Shown one piece after another: positions 1 to 12,175 of a stretch of DNA of 64,000 bases. Location of the stretch: assembly GCA_963747235.1 (NCBI GenBank), contig CAVVEU010000033.1:320001-384000 (forward strand), given 5' to 3'. This DNA comes from an uncultured Candidatus Rokubacteria bacterium (GTDB taxonomy: Bacteria; Methylomirabilota; Methylomirabilia; Rokubacteriales; CSP1-6). The stretch's first letter is position 1; each line of letters opens with the position of its first letter. The notes beneath the pieces were generated by a model, which was not told the DNA's origin, ran no database searches, and saw only the letters and a program-made list of their open reading frames with translations. The position numbers and the translations under genes were made by a program.

Positions 1-892
1 CACCTTCGTGGCCGCGCTCGGCACCGAGGAGCAGAAGCGGCGCTACTTCGGCGAGGTCGTCGGCCGCGGGGCCCGCATCGCCTCCATCACCAGCGAGCCC
101 GAGCAGAGCTTCCGCGACAAGTTCGTGCTCAACACCGTGTTCCACCCGACCGAGGGCGGCGGGTATCGGGTGGCGGGGGTGAAGCAGTTCTGCTCGCTCG
201 GCGACGCGGCCGACTACTTCTTCATCACCGGGATCCAGGCGGGCAAGACCAGCGCGCGCGACGGCGTGATCTCCGCGATGATCCCGGGCCGCGACGCGGG
301 CGTGAAGATCGAGGGCACCTGGAACGCCACCGGCATGCGCGGCACCATCAGCCATACGATCCGCTACGACTGCGCGGTGGATCCGAGCAACGTGGTCGGG
401 CAGCCCGGCCAGTACCTGACCATCGATCTCCAGGGCTTCGCGCTCGGCTACGCCGCGGTGTACCTGGGCATCGGGGAGGCCGCCTTCGAGTACATGACCG
501 AGTACGCGCGCACCAAGATCCAGCGGCCCTCCACCGAGCCCATGAGCCATCACCCGCTCGTGCAGCGCACGGTGGCCGAGGTGGGCACCCAGATCCGCGC
601 GGCCCGGCTCCTCCTGCACGAGGCCGCCTGCGTGAAGATGGCGGGCGACCGCGAGGCCACCATGCTCGTGGTGAACCAGGCCAAGACCTTCGCGGCCGAC
701 GTGGGGCTGATGGCCACCGAGCGCGCGATGCGCCTGGCGGGCGGGCGCGGCATCCTGAAGGAATTGCCGCTCGAGCGCTGGCACCGCGACTCGCTGGCCG
801 GCCCGGTGATGCCGCCCTCGAACGACCGCTGCCTCGAGACCGCGGGCAAGCTCCTCTGCGGGCTGCGCGCGGCCACCCTCGAGTTCCAGTAG
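1..892 (+). CDS. Acyl-CoA dehydrogenase-family flavoprotein, 5' part outside the window
   Basis: GTEEQKRRYF, ITSEP, GVKQFCS, WNATGMRGTISH and LERWHRD motifs; the frame is open from the window start. Confidence 0.85.
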   Translation, partial: TFVAALGTEEQKRRYFGEVVGRGARIASITSEPEQSFRDKFVLNTVFHPTEGGGYRVAGVKQFCSLGDAADYFFITGIQAGKTSARDGVISAMIPGRDAGVKIEGTWNATGMRGTISHTIRYDCAVDPSNVVGQPGQYLTIDLQGFALGYAAVYLGIGEAAFEYMTEYARTKIQRPSTEPMSHHPLVQRTVAEVGTQIRAARLLLHEAACVKMAGDREATMLVVNQAKTFAADVGLMATERAMRLAGGRGILKELPLERWHRDSLAGPVMPPSNDRCLETAGKLLCGLRAATLEFQ

Positions 893-908
893 GCGGGCGC
901 CGCCGCGC

Positions 909-1418
909 ATGCGACTGGAAGTCCTCCGGCGGGAGCTGGCCCAGGGCGCGGAGACCATCCAGGGCCTCGTGGCGGGCGTCTCGGCGGCCGAGGCGCGCGT
1001 GCGGCCCTCGCCCGAGGCCTGGTCCATCCTGGAAGTCGTCGCGCATCTCCTCGACGAGGAGCGCGAAGATTTTCGCCCGCGCCTCGACCTGGTCCTGCAC
1101 CGGCCGCAGGAGACCTGGGCGCCGATCGATCCACCCGCCTGGGTCACCGCGCGCGGCTACAACGACCGCGAGCTCGGCGCGACCCTGAGCGCCTTCCTCA
1201 CCGAGCGCGAGCGCTCGCTGGCCTGGCTCGCGGGCCTCACCGCCCCCGACTGGAGCCGCGAGTACCGGGCCTCCTTCGGCCCGATCACCGCCGGGGACCT
1301 GGCCGCCTCCTGGGCCGCGCACGACCTGCTGCACACGCGCCAGCTCCTCGAGCTGCGCCGCGCCCGGCTGCTCGCCCTTGCCGCGCCGCATAGCACCGGG
1401 TATGCGGGTGACTGGTAG
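909..1418 (+). CDS. DinB/YfiT-like metal-binding protein
   Basis: WSILEVVAHLLDEE and WAAHDLLH motifs. Confidence 0.85.
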   Translation: MRLEVLRRELAQGAETIQGLVAGVSAAEARVRPSPEAWSILEVVAHLLDEEREDFRPRLDLVLHRPQETWAPIDPPAWVTARGYNDRELGATLSAFLTERERSLAWLAGLTAPDWSREYRASFGPITAGDLAASWAAHDLLHTRQLLELRRARLLALAAPHSTGYAGDW

Positions 1419-2029
1419 GGAGCCGCTCCTCCTCCTGATCGTCGGCGCGGTCCTGCTCGTCCTCTCGGGCATCGGTCCGCACGACCGGGCCACGTGGTGG
1501 CTCGAGGTGGCGCCGATCCTGATCGCGGTCTCCGATCCTGGTGCTGACCGCGCGGCGCTTCCCGCTGACCCCGCTCGCCTATCGGCTCATCTTCGTCCAC
1601 GCGCTGATCCTCATGCTGGGCGGCCACTACACCTACGCGGAAGTGCCGCTCGGTTTCTGGCTGGAAGACGCGCTCGGCCTCGCCCGGAACCCCTACGACC
1701 GGCTGGGCCACTTCGCGCAGGGGTTCGTCCCCGCCGTCGTGGTGCGCGAGGTCTTGCTCCGGCGCTCCCCGCTCGCGCCGGGCAAGTGGCTCACGTTCCT
1801 GGTGGTGAGCGTGTGCCTCGCCATCAGCGCGCTCTACGAGCTGGTGGAATGGTGGGCCGCCCTGATCGGCGGCGAGGGCGCCGACGCCTTCCTGGGCACG
1901 CAGGGTGATCAGTGGGACACTCAGTGGGACATGTTCGTGGCGCTCCTGGGGGCGGCGACCGCGCTGCTGATTCTCTCCCGCCTCCACGACCGCCAGATCA
2001 CCAGACTCGAGGAGGCCGGTCATGTCTGA
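1402..2029 (+). CDS. DUF2238 (YjdF-like) inner-membrane protein, frameshift near 1530
   Basis: PHDRATWWLE in one frame, then GGHYTYAEVPLG, RNPYDRLGHF and FLGTQGDQWDTQWDM in the next. Confidence 0.85.
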
Positions 2030-2502
2030 GCACAAGGCGGCGGTGCGGTGGAAGCTGGCGGCCGATGGGGAGGCGTTCCTCAAGGGGCGCTACTCCCGCG
2101 AGCACACGTGGACGTTCGACGGCGGGCGTGACCGTGCCGGCTTCGCCCTCGCCCGGCGTGATCCCCGCGCCGTGGTCCAACCCGGCCGGGGTGGATCCGG
2201 AGGAGGCCTACGTGGCCGCGATCTCGAGCTGCCACATGCTCACGTTTCTCTACGTGGCCATGCGCGCGGGAGTCGTGGTCATCTCCTACGAGGACGACGC
2301 GGTGGGCGTGATGCGCAAGAACGAGCGCGGCGCGATCTGGGTGAGCGCGGTGACCTTGAACCCGCGCATCGTCTACGGCGGCGACAAGGAGCCGACCGCG
2401 GCGGACGTGGACCACCTGCACCATCTGGCCCACGAGCAGTGCTTCATCGCCAACTCGGTGAAGACCGAGATCCGGATCGCCGGCGTGCCGGCGACGACGT
2501 AG
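2022..2502 (+). CDS. OsmC/Ohr-family protein, frameshift near 2125
   Basis: MSEHKAAVRW...YSREHTWTFDGG joins VDPEEAYVAAISSCHML...AHEQCFIANSV. Confidence 0.85.
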
Positions 2503-4363
2503 CTATTCGCCGTCATGCTTGGCGACCGCGCCGAGCGCATCTGCGGGCATTTCCACGATGGAGGCGGGGCCGTTCGCACTGGGCTTCACCATGAGCCGGC
2601 GCGCGTGGAAGGGGCCCAGCGTCGCCCGATGGCCGATGCTGAACACCATCGTCTCCGGGAGCCGCTCGCGCACCAGCCGATAGAGGCGCGCCTCCGTCGC
2701 CTCGTCCAGCGCCGAGGTCGCCTCGTCGAGAAAGAGCCAGTCGGGCTTCTGGACCAGGGCCCGCGCGAAGGCCATGCGCTGCTGCTCGCCGGGGGAGAGC
2801 TGGAGCGCCCAGTGGGCGGCCTCGTCGAGCCGCCCGGTGAGCTCCTTGAGGTCCACGGCCTCGAGCGCCTCGCGCAGCGTCTTGTCGTCCACCCCGCCCG
2901 CGGGCATCGGATAGCTCACCACGTCCCGGAGCGCGCCGATCGGCAGGTACGGCCGCTGCGGGAGAAAGAGGACGCGGGCATCCTGCGGCACGCGGATGTC
3001 GCCACGCCCGAACGGCCAGATGCCGGCGATGGCACGGACGAGCGTGCTCTTTCCCGAGCCCGACGCGCCACCCAGGAGCACGGTGTCCCCTTGCCGGAGC
3101 GAGAGGTTGATGTTCGCCATGAGCGGCTGGCCATCGGGTAGATCGAGATCGACTCCTTCCACGGTCAGGTGCGTGGGGCGCCCCGCGGCGACCCGGACGC
3201 CGCTCTCGGTCGACTGCCGGCGCACGTGCTCGAGCGCGCGATCGAAGCCGGCGAGTCGCTCGACCACGGCACTCCAGGCCGCGATCTCCTTGTATGACTG
3301 GATGAAGAAGCTGAGCGCATCCTGGACCTGCTGGAAGGCCTGGGTCGTCTGCATGAGGCCGCCGAGCCCGATCTCACCCCGGAAGTAGCGGGGCGCCGCG
3401 ACGATCGACGGGACGATCCACGCCCCCAGTCCGTAGCCGTGCGGTGAAGTAGGCCATCCGCTTCTGCCGGCGCATGATGCCCCACCAGTTGCCCACCACG
3501 TCCTCGAACCGTTCGCGAAAGCCACGGAACTCGTCCGTCTCGCCGCGGTACAGGGCCACTCCCTCGGTGTTCTCGCGGAAGCGGACGAGGCTGAACCGGA
3601 AGTCGGCTTCGTACCGCTGCTCGTCGAAGTTCAGCCGGACCAGCGGGCGGCCGAGCCAGTCGGTCAGCCAGGTGCCGGCGATCGCGTACAGAACGGCCAC
3701 CCAGACGATGTAGCCGGGTATGGTGAGGGAGAACCCGCCCACCGGAACGGTGAACGTTCCGGACAACCCCCAGAGGATCGCCACGAAGGTCACCAGCGTG
3801 ACGATCGCGCGCAGGCCCCCGGTGAACAGGCCGAGCGTGTGGGCGGCGAGAAGGTGCACGTCTTCCGCGATGCGCTGGTCCGGGTTGTCGGTCTCACGCG
3901 CCACGAGCTGCATCCGGTAGTAGGCGCCATCGGCCAGCCAGGCGCGGAGGTAGCGGTCGGTCAGCCAGCGTCGCCAGCGGATCTCGAGCATCTGGTTGAG
4001 ATAGACCTGGTAGACGGCAAGGATGATGAAGATGCCGATCAGCCACGTGACGCGCAACAACTGCCCGCGAAAGGCCACGAGGTTCTTGTCCTGGAGCGCG
4101 CTGTAGAAGGCGTTGTTCCACTGATTCAAGAGAACCGTGAGGTAGACCATGCCGAGCGTGAGGAGCACGACGGCGAGCAGGAGCCCCCGGGCCGCCCACC
4201 GGTCCTCCGAGAACCAGTACGGGCCGATCATGGCCCATGCGTTGGAGAGCGTTCGGCGCAGGTCGATCCTGGCCGGACCGTCGGAGGGGTTGGGGCGAGG
4301 GGCGCCCGGGCCAGAGCTCCGGAGCTCCTCGTCCCCGTCCCGGTTCCTACCCCCGAGCCGCAA
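2503..4363 (-). CDS. YddA-like fused ABC permease/ATPase, frameshift near 3435; start uncertain
   Basis: DNPDQRIAED, QRYEADFRFSL, Walker A GASGSGKS, LSPGEQQR, LDEATSALD. Confidence 0.85.
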
Positions 4364-4649
4364 CCGGAGACTCCAGTGTGTTGCGTCTCCGACCCGCGGC
4401 GATCGCGCTCGAAGCGAGAGCGCTGCGTCAGAGGGATCCTACCGCGGCTGGCATTCGCTTGAAACACTTGGTGGCGATGATCCATAGTGGGATCTCACGT
4501 AGTGATCTTACAGGACTCGTCGGGAATACCCGAGAAGGAACGGGTGAGCCCGGCGGTGGAGAGATCAGCGATGCGTCAACTGCTACTCGTGCTGCTCGAA
4601 CGCATACGGCGGGGAGCCCCGCACGCGCCGGGCTCGGCGTCTGCTTCTC

Positions 4650-5382
4650 ATGAGCCTCGCGTGGGTGGTCGTCGGTTGCGCGAGTCCCTCGCTGATGCCG
4701 GAGACGCAGGCGGGGGCCATCAAGGACCGCGACCGAGCTCTCGCGCCCCACGCCGCCGCCATACACGCCGCCATCGGCCAATCCGGACATGTGGGCGCCC
4801 TGGCCTTTCTCGACGCCAAGGATGGCCGCCTGATCGTCCTGCCGGGCGACAGTCCGGCCGATGCCTGGTCGCGTTATCATCGCGTCGCCGGAGGGCGAGA
4901 CCGGCCGCGGGTCGGTGCCGCCGGTGCTCACCTTCGTGCATCGAGCGGACGTACCCAAGGCTCCCGAGACCGTGACCCGGGGCGTCTTGCAACAGCAGGC
5001 CCAGCTCCACGACGCGTACCGGCGCTTCGAGGAGCAGCTGGGCAGCGTACAGCGCGAGCTCGCCGAGTCGATCGCGGCGACGAAGCGGGAGTCGGACGCG
5101 CGCGCGGACATGCAGACCGCCCTGACCTCGCTCTCCGAGGAGCTGGCGACGGTGCGCAAGTTCATGCTGCAGACGGCCCAGCTCGGCTGGCTCAATCACG
5201 AATTGAATGTCGAGAACGCGACCGGCATACGGAAGATGGCGACGGCCAGTCAGGAGCTGTCCGCGAGCTCGGTGAAGCTGGAAGAGACCATGCGCCAGCT
5301 CTCGGAGAGTCTGGCCGGGCAGCTCAAGGAGCTGGCGAACCGGCTGGACACCATTCAGGGCAAGGTCAGTAGCCTCAAGTGA
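4650..5382 (+). CDS. Hypothetical lipoprotein with coiled-coil C-terminus, frameshift near 4875; start may be near 4571
   Basis: Lipobox-like VVGC, then heptad-rich helical ORF 4861-5382. Confidence 0.5.
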
Positions 5383-6038
5383 GGCGGGCGATGCGCCACG
5401 GCGGCACCGGGAGACGCTGGCTCCACACCCTGATGGCCTGCCTTCTGCTATCGCTGATCGCGGCCCCGGACGGGCTCGCCGGCGAGTGGGAGAACATGCG
5501 TGAGAGCTACGACAACAAGCTGAAGGCTCATGCCAAGCGGATCGCCGAGGTCGAGGCAAGGGAGCGCGGGGTTCCGGCGGATCCGGAGAAGCGCGCGGAC
5601 AAGATCACGAGGGATCGGATCACCGGAATCAAGGGCTCCCTGAAGGGCGGCGGCAAGGCCAGGAGCCTGGCCGAGACCGCCGAGAAGGCGTCCGGTGACG
5701 CGAGGGCATTGATCGACGTGTACCGAGAGCAGGGCGGGTATCTCGACATCGTCATCAGCGAGTGGGGAACGGAAGGGGCGGAACGGAAGAAGCTCCGCGA
5801 GTCCATCGCGACCTTGCAGAAGAACCTCGAGAGCGCCAATGCGAGCCTGGCGAGGGCGATCGAGGCGGCGGAGGCCACGGCCAGGCGCGTGCCGGAGTCG
5901 GGCCTGCCCGAGAAGGCCGGCCGGATCGAGGCCGCGGAGAAAGAGCGAGCGAGATGGCTGCGCGAACAGGCCGCGCTGGAGCGGGAACGCCAGCAGAGAG
6001 AGCGCGGCGCCGCTGAGCGCGAGCGGGGCGTGCGGTGA
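5379..6038 (+). CDS. Hypothetical secreted coiled-coil protein
   Basis: Signal-peptide-like N-terminus, charged helical sequence, GTGA overlap with upstream gene. Confidence 0.6.
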   Translation: MRRAMRHGGTGRRWLHTLMACLLLSLIAAPDGLAGEWENMRESYDNKLKAHAKRIAEVEARERGVPADPEKRADKITRDRITGIKGSLKGGGKARSLAETAEKASGDARALIDVYREQGGYLDIVISEWGTEGAERKKLRESIATLQKNLESANASLARAIEAAEATARRVPESGLPEKAGRIEAAEKERARWLREQAALERERQQRERGAAERERGVR

Positions 6039-6042
6039 GGCC

Positions 6043-7957
6043 TTAGAGCGCGAGCTGGCCGCCGACGACCCGCGCGTAGTAGCCCTGCTCGGCGAGGAGA
6101 TCGTCGGGGGCGCCCATCTCGGTCAGGCGGCCGTTGTCCACGACCAGGATCTTGTCGACCCGCCGGATCGTGGTGAGCCGGTGGGCGACCATCAACGTCG
6201 TGCGCCCGCGCATCAGCGCGAAGAGGCTGGCCACGACCTGGGCTTCGCTCTCCACGTCGAGCGCGCTCGTCGGCTCGTCCATCAACAAGATGGGCGCGTC
6301 CTTCAGGAACGCCCGGGCCAGGTTGATCCGCTGCTTCTCCCCGACACTCAAGCGCGCGCCCCCCTCCCCGATGACCGTTCGATAGTGCTGGGGCAGCTTC
6401 TCGATGAGCTGGGCGGCACCGGCGGCGTGCGCGGCGGCCTCGATCTCCTCCATCGTCGCCTGGGGTTTCCCGTAGGAGATGTTCTCGGCCACGGTGGTGG
6501 GCAGGATGATCGGCTCCTGCAGGACCAGGGCGATCTGCGCCCGCAGGTCCTCCAGGCGGAGGTCGCGCAGGTCCACGCCTTCCAGCAGCACCGCGCCGCT
6601 CACGGGGTCGAAGAACCGCGGCAGCAGGTTCAACAGCGTCGTCTTGCCGGCACCGCTCGGCCCGATGATGGCCGCCGACGTGCCCGCGAGGAGCTTGAAG
6701 CTCATGTTGCGCAGCACCGGCCGCGAGCTCTCATACGCGAAGCAGACGTCGTCGTAGGTGACATTGCCGTAGACCGGGAGCGGCGGGGGCGGCGGACCCG
6801 GCGGGCGCAGCGCCGGCGGCGGCGAACATGTTGTCGGCCGACGTGGGCAATCCAGCCGGTCCGTCGAGGTCCCGTCCCTGGCAGACCCGGCGCGCCTCCG
6901 GGCGGTCCTTCACCTCCTCGGGCGTGTCGAGGATCTCGAACACCCGCCGCGTGCTCGCGCTCGCGCTCGACAGCGTGGCGCCGACCTGCGAGAGCTGGTG
7001 GAGCGGGTCGAAGAGCTGGGCGACGTAGGCGAGAAACACCAGCAGCTCTCCCACCGTCAGGTTGGCGGCCAGCACCTGCTGAGCGCCCACCCAGGTCACC
7101 CCGAGCGTGCACGCGCTCAGGATCACCGAGATGGAGCCCCAGTAGAAGACCTCGAGCCCCTGCTGCGCCATCTTCTGCTGCCGCGCCGCTTCGGTGTGGG
7201 TCATGAACCGTTGCCGCTCGTGGTGCTCGCGCGCATTGCTCTGGATCAGGGGCAGGGCGGTGATCCCCTGGTGAATGAGCGCGTAGACCTTGCCCTCCGC
7301 CTGCTGGGCGGCAGTACCCCGCATCCGCATCGCCCGCCCGAAGACCTTGATCGACAGCAGCAGGATCGGCACCGCGACCATGGCCACCGCGGCGAGGCGC
7401 AGGTTCAGCTGGGCCATCGCGACCGCCATGAACAGGAGCGTGCCGGTGGCGCTGATGAAGGTCAGCAACCCCTGCAGGAACAGGATCTGAAAGGCGGACG
7501 TGTCCGTCCCGGCCCGGAAGATGATGTCCCCCGCCTCGGTGCCGTGGTGGTAACGCAGCGAGAGGCGCTGGAGCCAGCCGAAGACGTCATCGCGGACCCG
7601 CCGCAGGCCGCGGAGCCCCACGCCGATCGAGAGGTACGCGTGCCCGGCGCATGCGGCGGCGTGGACCAGATGAAGCGCCAGCGCCGCCACGATGATGGCG
7701 GTGAGCTGGGCGGGCTGTCCCCAGGCCCGTGCCTCATCGGGCAGCCACCCAGGGTACGGCTTGCTCCCGAGGATGCTGTCGACCAGGAACGCCAGGGGCC
7801 AGGGCTTGAGCAGGTTGAGCCCGATGCCGAGGAGCAATAGACCCAAGCTAAGGGCTATCCGCCCAGCGTCAGGCCGGAAGTACCCCAGCGCCCGGAGCAG
7901 CTGACGGAAACGTCCAACGGAGGAAGGGAGGTCGCGCGTCAACCCGGCGGTGTTCAT
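6043..7957 (-). CDS. MsbA-like ABC exporter (TMD+NBD), frameshift near 6770
   Basis: LKPWPLAFLVD TMD, GPSGAGKTT, LSVGEKQR, MDEPTSALD. Confidence 0.88.
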
Positions 7958-7978
7958 GGAGACAATGCACGGGAGAAT

Positions 7979-7994
7979 GGCAAGCCGCGTGCCA
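7979..7994 (-). promoter_or_regulatory. Sigma54 (-24/-12) promoter of the ABC exporter
   Basis: Minus strand TGGCACGCGGCTTGCC matches the TGGCACG-N4-TTGC consensus, about 20 nt upstream of ATG 7957. Confidence 0.7.
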
Positions 7995-8153
7995 CGCGGC
8001 TGAGGACGAAGTCGGACGGCCAACGCCTTAAAATCTGGAGACTTCTCAAGGCCAGGGTCAGCCGCTCGCCGTGGCGGGACGAGATCGCCGTGTAATTCCT
8101 ACACGGACGACCGCGTAGGACTTGATCCCGGAGTACGGTATAGGCTGGACCCG

Positions 8154-8816
8154 ATGAGTGACCTTATTACCGTCCTCTTCGATCTCGACGGCACGCTCAC
8201 CGACTCGCGCGCCGGGATCACCGCCTGCATCCGGCACGCGCTCGAGAAACTCGGGCGCGCGTGCCCCGACGACGACACCCTCGCGACCTACATCGGCCCG
8301 CCCCTGCGCGGCACCCTGTCCACCTTGCTCGACACCCGGGACGCGGCGCTCATCGAGGAAGCCCTGACGCACTACCGCGCCCGCTACGACGACGTCGGGC
8401 TCTTCGAGAACCGGGTGTACGACGGCGTCCCCGAGATGCTGGAGACGACCGCGCGGCTCGCGCCCGCCATGTTCGTGGCCACCGCGAAGACCCGGCACGC
8501 GGCCGTCCGCATCGTCGACCATTTCGACCTGGCCCGGCACTTCGCCGGCGTTTACGGGGCCGAGCCGGGCGGGCGGTTCGACGCCAAGGTGGACCTGCTC
8601 GCGCACCTGGTCGAGTCGGGCGTGATCCGGGCCGAGACGGCCGTCATGGTCGGCGATCGTGCCAGCGACATCCTGGCCGCGAAGATCAACGGGGTCCGCT
8701 CGATCGGCGCCTCGTGGGGCTACGGCGACTCCGGCGAGCTGGCCGACGCGGGTGCGGACCTGCTCTGCGAGTCCCCGCGCACGCTCGCGGCCTGCCTGGG
8801 CCGCCTGACGGGGTGA
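8154..8816 (+). CDS. HAD-family hydrolase (phosphoglycolate phosphatase/5'-nucleotidase-like)
   Basis: LFDLDGTLTDS, IGPPL, MVGDRASD, SWGYG. Confidence 0.92.
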   Translation: MSDLITVLFDLDGTLTDSRAGITACIRHALEKLGRACPDDDTLATYIGPPLRGTLSTLLDTRDAALIEEALTHYRARYDDVGLFENRVYDGVPEMLETTARLAPAMFVATAKTRHAAVRIVDHFDLARHFAGVYGAEPGGRFDAKVDLLAHLVESGVIRAETAVMVGDRASDILAAKINGVRSIGASWGYGDSGELADAGADLLCESPRTLAACLGRLTG

Positions 8817-8858
8817 CCCGATGGCCGCCACGTTCCGGGCTCCGCTTCAACGAGCCGA

Positions 8859-10205
8859 TCACAGGATCCTGAGCTCGGTGCGGATGGGCTCGCCGCGGGG
8901 CGTCCCGCAGGCGACCCAGTAGCGACCCGGTCCCGCGGCGAAATCTCGCGCCTCGAACGTCACGACCCACGCGGCCCGACCGGGCGGCGCGACCTCGGGG
9001 TCGGGGAGCGCCGCCGTCTCGGTGATCGCGCGCCGGGTCGTCCCCGTCGGATCGGTCAGCGTGCAGGTGAGCGGGATCTCCTGCTTGATCTGGCTGGCGT
9101 ACTTGACCCGCAGGACGGCGTGAAGATAGGGCGTCCGCGTACTGAGCGACAGCGCTTGCCCGTGCACATAGTTGTGCGGATCCCATGGATGGATGCTGCG
9201 GTCGGCATTGGCGACGAAATCCAGCTCGGTGATCTCGTAGCCCGGCCGGGGAAGCGCCCGGCCGGCGTAGGGGAGCAGCCCCGCGAGCACCGCAGCCGCG
9301 ATCGCCACCGCGACGACGGGCCGGGTCGACAGCGCGGCGGCGGGAGTCTCCGCCGGGCGGGGGCTCATGTCACGGGACGACCCGGGTAGCAGGCACAACC
9401 ACAAGCCGACCCACCAGCCGAGGGTGACCAGGACATTGCTCGCGCTGACCAGGCGCAAGGACTTCTCCGGCGCGAAGATCGGAACGAGGATCAGCGACGC
9501 GAGCGTCAGGACGGCGCCGGCCAGCCCGACCGCCAGCGTGAGGCGCGCGACGAGCGAGGCATGGACGCGCTCGAGAATGCGGCCACCCCAGAAGCCGAGC
9601 AAGGCCCAGAGGACACTCTGGAAGAGGGCCCGGAAGACGAAGAGCGGAAGCCATTCGGCCAGGTAGGCCCGAGGACCCGCCTTGTCGCCGGCCATCCCGG
9701 CGAGCAGACCGGTCGCGTTGAAGAGCAGCACCGCCAGCGGCGCGATCCGGAACCCCTTCCGGGCGGCCCGCGGCGGATCGACGGAGATGCCGTCGAGCCA
9801 GGCGCGCGTCATCAAGCCGGCGAGCAGGCAGACGCCGAGCCAGTCACCCGCGCGGTCGAAGCTGGCGAGCACCGCGTTCTGGTACACCTCGCTGAACGTG
9901 GCCACGGAGACGACGATCGACGAGCCCCGGACCCACCGGAGCCCGATCCGGATCTTGCGCCGATCGTGCGTGGACCGGGACTGGACCAGCCGCTGGACCA
10001 GCGGCTCGACGAAGAACGAGGACAGGGCCGCCCCCAGGGCGAAGGCCAGCACGACCGTCTTCCAGGATTCGTCCGGATTCCGTCCAACATGGAGCGCGTA
10101 CCAGGCGAGGATGCCCGCGCCCGCCCCCAGGCCCGCATAGGCGGCCGTGCGCCACTGGCTGGGCCACCGCAGGACCGACGAGTCGCCGCTGCCCGGGTCA
10201 GCCAC
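8859..10205 (-). CDS. Hypothetical multi-pass membrane protein with soluble C-terminal domain
   Basis: Many hydrophobic segments; GTG start overlaps the tctA stop. Confidence 0.65.
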   Translation of the reverse strand: MADPGSGDSSVLRWPSQWRTAAYAGLGAGAGILAWYALHVGRNPDESWKTVVLAFALGAALSSFFVEPLVQRLVQSRSTHDRRKIRIGLRWVRGSSIVVSVATFSEVYQNAVLASFDRAGDWLGVCLLAGLMTRAWLDGISVDPPRAARKGFRIAPLAVLLFNATGLLAGMAGDKAGPRAYLAEWLPLFVFRALFQSVLWALLGFWGGRILERVHASLVARLTLAVGLAGAVLTLASLILVPIFAPEKSLRLVSASNVLVTLGWWVGLWLCLLPGSSRDMSPRPAETPAAALSTRPVVAVAIAAAVLAGLLPYAGRALPRPGYEITELDFVANADRSIHPWDPHNYVHGQALSLSTRTPYLHAVLRVKYASQIKQEIPLTCTLTDPTGTTRRAITETAALPDPEVAPPGRAAWVVTFEARDFAAGPGRYWVACGTPRGEPIRTELRIL

Positions 10206-11710
10206 CCACGGATACGCCGGCCGGCGCCCGCCGGCGCAGGCGCCGCGCGACGAGCGGAGCGATGAGGGCGACCAGGCCCAGGATCAGCAGGGTGGCGGTC
10301 AGCGGCCGGCTCACGATCTCGAGCACATTGCCCCGCGCCATGAAGAGCGATTGCCGGAGCGTCTTCTCCATCATCGGCCCCAGCACCAGCGCGACGACCA
10401 GCGGCGAGGGATCGATCGCGAGCTTGCGCAGTCCGTAGCCGAAGACCCCGAAGCCGACCAGCACCCAGAGGTCGAGCTGGCTGTTGTTGAGGCTGTAGGC
10501 GCCGACCAGGCAGAGCAGCAGCACCATCGTCGCGAGCACGTGCTGGGGCAGGCGCAGCACGCTCACGAAGACGCCGACGAGCGGGAGATTGAGGATCAGC
10601 AGCAGCACGTTGCCCACGTACATGCTGGCCACCACGCCCCAGAACACCTCGGGCCGCTGGCTGATCAGCAGCGGGCCGGGCTGGATGCCGGTGATCACCA
10701 GCGCGCCCAGCAGGATGGCGGTGGCGGGCGAGAACGGGATCCCCAGCGAGAGCAGCGGCACCATCGCGCCCGCGGTGGCCGCGTTGTTGGCGGCCTCGGG
10801 GCCCGCCACGCCCTCGATCGCCCCGTGGCCGAAGCGCTCCGGCGTCTTCGAGATCCGGCGCTCGAGCGCGTAGGAGATGAACGTGGAGAGCACCGCGGCG
10901 GGCCCCGGGATCAGGCCGGTGAAGAAGCCGACCACCGAGCCGCGCGCGATCGGGGCCGCCGACTGCCGCCACTCCTCGCGGGTCGGCATCAGCTCGCGCA
11001 GCTTCACCGAGACGATCTTCGCGCGCTGGGCGCCCGCCTCCGCGATCAGGAGCACCTCGGCCACGCCGTAGAGCCCCATGATCACCGGGACCAGCTCGAT
11101 GCCCTGCGAGAGCTGCGTCGAGCCGAAGGTGAAGCGCCGGATCGCCGAGATCGGCTCCATGCCCACGGTGCCGAGCGCGAGGCCGATCGCGACCAGCACG
11201 AAGGCCTGGAGCACCGAGCCGCCGCTCAGGCGCGAGAGCAGCAGGAGCCCGGCGAAGGCCAGCGCGAAGTACTCGGGCGGGCCGAAGCGGAGCGCCTGGT
11301 CGGCGAGCCACGAGGAGGCCAGCACGATGCCGACCACGCCGAGGGTGCCGGCCACGAACGAGCCCACCCCCGCGACGGCCAGGGCCGCGCCCGCGCGCCC
11401 CTTGCGCGTCATCTGGTAGCCGTCGATCGCGGTGACGACCGAGCCCGCCTCGCCGGGCACGTTGACCAGGATCGAGGTGGTGGAGCCCCCGTACATCGAG
11501 CCATAGTAGATGCCCGCGAGCATGATCAGCGCGGTCGCGGGGTCGAGCGCGAAGGTGGACGGCAGCAGGAGCGCCATCGCGCCCACCGGCCCGATCCCGG
11601 GGAGGATCCCGACCACCGTGCCGATGAGCACCCCGATGAAGCAGGCGAACAGATTGCCCGGCGTCAGCGCGATCGAGAACCCGTAGGCGAGGCCCTCCAG
11701 CGGATCCCAC
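10198..11710 (-). CDS. tctA: Tripartite tricarboxylate transporter permease TctA, frameshift near the 5' end
   Basis: GSMYGGSTTSILVNVPGE, GVAGPEAANNA, PLLSLGIP. Confidence 0.92.
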
Positions 11711-11723
11711 GAGCGCGGTCAGC

Positions 11724-12171
11724 TCAGTCGAACAGGAAGCCGTGGGGCAGCGGCACGTTGAGCAGCACGCCGAAGAGGTAGTACGACACCGCGGCGCTCG
11801 CGATGCCGGTCACCACCGCCGAGCGCCAGCCGGCCCCGAGCCACCGCAGGAGCAGCGTCACGAAGACGAGCGCGGCGACCGGGTAGCCCACCCACCGCAG
11901 CAGGAAGCAGAACCCGATCAGGGCGACCGCGGTCGCCACGACGCGCCCCCGCGCGTCCGCCGGAGTGGCGGGCTCGGCCGCCGCTTCCGGGCGCGCGCCG
12001 GAACGCGGCCGCCGTCCACACGAGCGCCATGACGGCGCCGAATGCCCCGATGGCGAGCGGGAAGAAGGCCGGCCCCGGCTTCGCGATGGTCCCGAGCGGC
12101 AGGGCGAGCCCGCTCAGCAGGTACGCGCCGCTGGCCGCGACCACGACGAGGGCGACGAGCCGCTCGGTCAT
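11724..12171 (-). CDS. tctB: TctB small permease, frameshifted
   Basis: PGPAFFP motif, C-terminal FGVLLNVPLP, position between tctC and tctA. Confidence 0.85.
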
Positions 12172-12175
12172 CGCG

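Noticed and set aside
4314-4327. Palindrome GAGCTCCGGAGCTC
   Set aside because: Short and GC-rich, probably coding, no second copy seen
4449-4463. TGGCATTCGCTTGAA as a sigma54 promoter
   Set aside because: Spacing is one base short and the -12 GC is absent
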